From the NCBI RefSeq assembly GCF_009914755.1, contig NC_060930.1: a DNA stretch of 64,000 nt; one strand, given 5' to 3'. Numbering within the stretch: position 1 is the first letter of the stretch; the number at the start of each line of letters is the position of its first letter. The DNA comes from the human T2T-CHM13v2.0 reference genome, Homo sapiens. Under the pieces are notes generated by a model. It saw only the letters and a list, made by a program, of their open reading frames with translations. It was not told the DNA's origin and made no database searches. Both the position numbers and the translations under genes were made by a program. Of this stretch, positions 60,992-64,000 are shown in pieces.

Positions 60992-62374
60992 TCTCATAGC
61001 CTTGTCTGCCGCTTCCCACCTCCTTAGGCTGAAGCTTTATGTTGGCCACAGTCTCTGCTGTGGCAGGCAGATGCATTTTCTATTCTCTTTCTTGTGTGAG
61101 TAATTCCACTCCCGCTCCGGGCTTCAATAATTGGAATATGATTTAGGGTGACCAATTGCAGTTTCTGCTTCCCTGAAGAAGCCAAATACCAGGTCTGCTC
61201 TGCTTATTACTCAACACTCAGTAGGTAGTAACTTCAGCCCTTCTTACCACTTACTATTTGTGTTTTCGATTTTGTTCCCTTTTATTTTGTGCTTGCTTCT
61301 TGATGACACTTTTTTTTCTTCTCTTCTTATTTATCCCTCAATGCTGTGTGTTTACAGCATCAGGGATGCTTTGAAGTGGGACCACACAGATCCCTCTTGA
61401 CTAGAAAGAACTCCTTGGATTAGGTTCTAAGGTGTCACAAATCAGCTAGGCAGCTAGGCTCAGTGCAACATGAAATGGGGTGAAAAGAAATGTCTTAATA
61501 TCTATCGCTAACTCCAACAGAAGAAGACAGTGCACTGCCCAAGGCGACTACACAAACTCAGAATTATTCAAGGACACACCAGTATCAAATAAATTTAGTA
61601 TCTACAGATTAACCACAGCAGAAGGGGTCTCAGTTAACTGCAAACTGTATTTGGCATCAGGTCAGAGACCATAATGTGGTTTGGATAATCATTTCAAACC
61701 CCAAATGACAAAGCGTTGGGGAAAGGAGAGGAAATTTCAGGATCTTACTTGGGCGGCCTATAAAATCACTTGAGAGGACTTCCAACACAATAGAAAAGTG
61801 ACATTTCAGGTTTCCATCTCCTCAGAATCACTCCTCCAGATTCACCTTTCCTTCCTATACCAGCCAAGAAATGGAATGAGGGTGGATTCGTGGTGGGAGA
61901 TTTCTGCTCCTCCAGCCGAGAAGTGTTGAGAAAGACAAAGGCTGACAACGAGTCCTTTTAACATTGACATTCGACTATCTACAAAAAAGTCTATTCAATT
62001 TTATTTGCTTCTTCTATTCATAGTGTCACAATGTGATTGGCTATAGTATAATCAAATTTCTTAGTACTTATACTCTAATGGGAATATGTCCAGATTAGAT
62101 ATCATATAATAAGATATGCTGCTTATGTGGTCTGACAACCAGTACTCCAGAATAATGCCTGTAAACATCAAAGGTGGGTTTTCTTGTTAATAGGTTTTTT
62201 TCAAATGGCTTTTTCTAGGTCAGAAATTTCTAAAGACAGTAAGGAAGGATTGACTGAAAAGAATTTAATTGTTGGTATAAAATAAACCATAAAGAGGTTA
62301 ATAAATAAGTAAAGCATGAACTTCCAGATTTCAACTAAGACATCAATGTGATTTTAATGGTAACTGAAAGTTAG

Positions 62375-62665
62375 GGCCAGGCACAGTGGCTCATGCAACA
62401 CTTAGGGAGGCTAAGGTGGGTGGATCACTTGAGGCTAGGAGTACGAGACCAGACTGGGCAACATGGTGAAATCCCATCTCTACTAAAAAAAAAAAAAACA
62501 AGAATTAGCCAGGCATGGTGGCACATGCCTGTAATCCCAACTACTCAGGGGGTTGAGGCACTAGAATTGCTTGAACCTGGGAGGCGGAGGTCACGGTGGG
62601 CCGAGATCATGCCACTGCACTCCAGCCTGGATAGAGTGAGACCCTGTCTCAAAAAAATAAAAAAA
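62375..62665 (+). mobile_element. AluS (Sx/Sz-like) with about 10-bp 5' internal deletion
   Basis: gctcatgc|aacactt lacks ctgtaatccc; TSD-like gaaagtta. Confidence 0.9.
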
Positions 62666-62769
62666 GGAAAGTTAATAGTGTCTTGGGGATAAGCATTATC
62701 ATTGAAAGGAATTGCAAACATATTCAGAATTCTGGGGTTTTTTTTTTTTTTTGATTAGTTAGCTAATCT

Positions 62770-62840
62770 AACCATTTATCCATTTATCCAAAAAATATTT
62801 ATTGAGAATCTATTATGTGAAAGGCAGTGTGCTTGGCATA
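62770..62840 (-). mobile_element. L2 3' terminus
   Basis: aaatatttattgagaatctattatgtgaaaggcagtgtgct. Confidence 0.65.
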
Positions 62841-63289
62841 CATTCCACACCTTTATAAAAGCTGTCTTTGAGCTGACTATCTTCTGTATCCCTTGCTGGT
62901 TACATGTTATCCATTGCTGGTTGCATGACCACACCAAACCATTTTATCCTGTTCACTTGTGTCTGAACTGAAAACAGATTTTCAAAGAATCCCTTCTGAG
63001 AATAAATAAATTCTACCATTGCCCACAGAACGTTTAGGACAGTCCGGTGACTTTGTGACATGCTTTCCTATAGTTTACTGCTTTTGTAATTAATACTTCC
63101 TTACAGAAATGTCTCAGCTCAGATATGCTGGGAAATATGAAAACCATTATTTGTGTTTGGGTAGGAATAGAGTAGCTTTCAGACTGGATGCTACCTGGGA
63201 GAGCCTCCCATTCTTCACCTGAACTAATTCTAGTAATTGAAATTACAATACTCACTGGCTTCTTCCTATTTCACAACATCTAATGTGGA

Positions 63290-63575
63290 CCATGGTCCAC
63301 AAAATCAAATGCCAATGGGATTGAACAAGTAATAAACATGAATGAAGCAAATCGTGGCATAGCAATGATGAATGAGAAGAATGTGGTCATCTGAAAAGTG
63401 CATACTCTGCCTAAAGGACTGGGCATCACTCATGATCACTGAATGTTCCCATATGGGAAATCTGGCCTACTATTGTTAGACCAGATCTTCTCATCTGTAA
63501 GCAAAGACAGAATTCTGGAATGTTATATACAATTTTCAATTAAACTTATAAGTACAATTAAAAATATATCATCTG
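63290..63575. mobile_element. MER102-like DNA transposon fragment
   Basis: aaaatcaaatgcc...ccagatcttctcatc...cagaattctggaatg; approximate. Confidence 0.45.
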
Positions 63576-63579
63576 GCCA

Positions 63580-63946
63580 TTATATGGTTTGGATGTGTCC
63601 CTGCCCAAATCTCATGTCAAATTGGAGGAGGGGCCTGGTGGGAGGTGATCAGATCATGGGGACAGATTTCCTCCTTGCTCTTCTTGTGATAGCGAGTGAG
63701 TTCTCACAAGATCTGATGGTTTAAAAGTGTGTGTCACTTCCTCCTTCACTCTCTTTCTCCTGCTCTGCCATGGTAAAGATGTGCTTGTTTCCCTTTCGCC
63801 TTCCAACGTGATTGTAAGTTTCCCAAGGCCTCCCAGCCATGCTTCCTGTGTAGCCAACAGAACTGTGAGTCAATTAAAACTATTTTCTTCATAAATTACC
63901 CAATCTCAGGTAGTTCTTTGTAGCAGTGTGATAATGAACTAATACA
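63580..63946 (+). mobile_element. MSTA-like MaLR solo LTR
   Basis: atatggtttggatgtgtccctgcccaaatctcatg...gaactaataca; 5-bp TSD ggcca/gacca. Confidence 0.9.
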
Positions 63947-64000
63947 GACCAGAAGGGATTTTTTGTTGTTGTTGTTCCTGAGTTGCCATTTTGTGATCTC

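Overview
AT-rich, CpG-poor, repeat-dense primate genomic DNA, almost certainly human because it carries an AluYb-lineage element at 6038-6352. It looks intronic or intergenic. I found no credible host protein-coding exon, RNA gene or CpG-island promoter, and I cannot name the locus. The longer ORFs in the track are decayed L1 ORF2/5'UTR, Alu, LTR or microsatellite read-throughs. Main content: a full-length, TSD-flanked L1PB1 (20035-26628, minus); a doubly truncated L1PB ORF2 fragment (1294-3006); a 5'-truncated L1PA7/8 (45664-47572); solo LTRs (LTR12, MER11, MSTA, MLT1, nested MLT2); ten Alus; hAT DNA-transposon fossils; many L2/MIR/L1M relics; and microsatellites. I do not see evidence of a new biological system. 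The leads worth checking are local. They are a young Yb-type Alu, non-canonical insertion or repair junctions (fold-back palindrome, 32-nt L1 tail patch, half-Alu, templated duplication), an LTR12 with an expanded NF-Y array, candidate non-coding plus-strand exons, a possible degraded hAT transposase, and a CTCF/ETS site. Subfamily calls come from my recall of consensus sequences and need RepeatMasker/Dfam confirmation.
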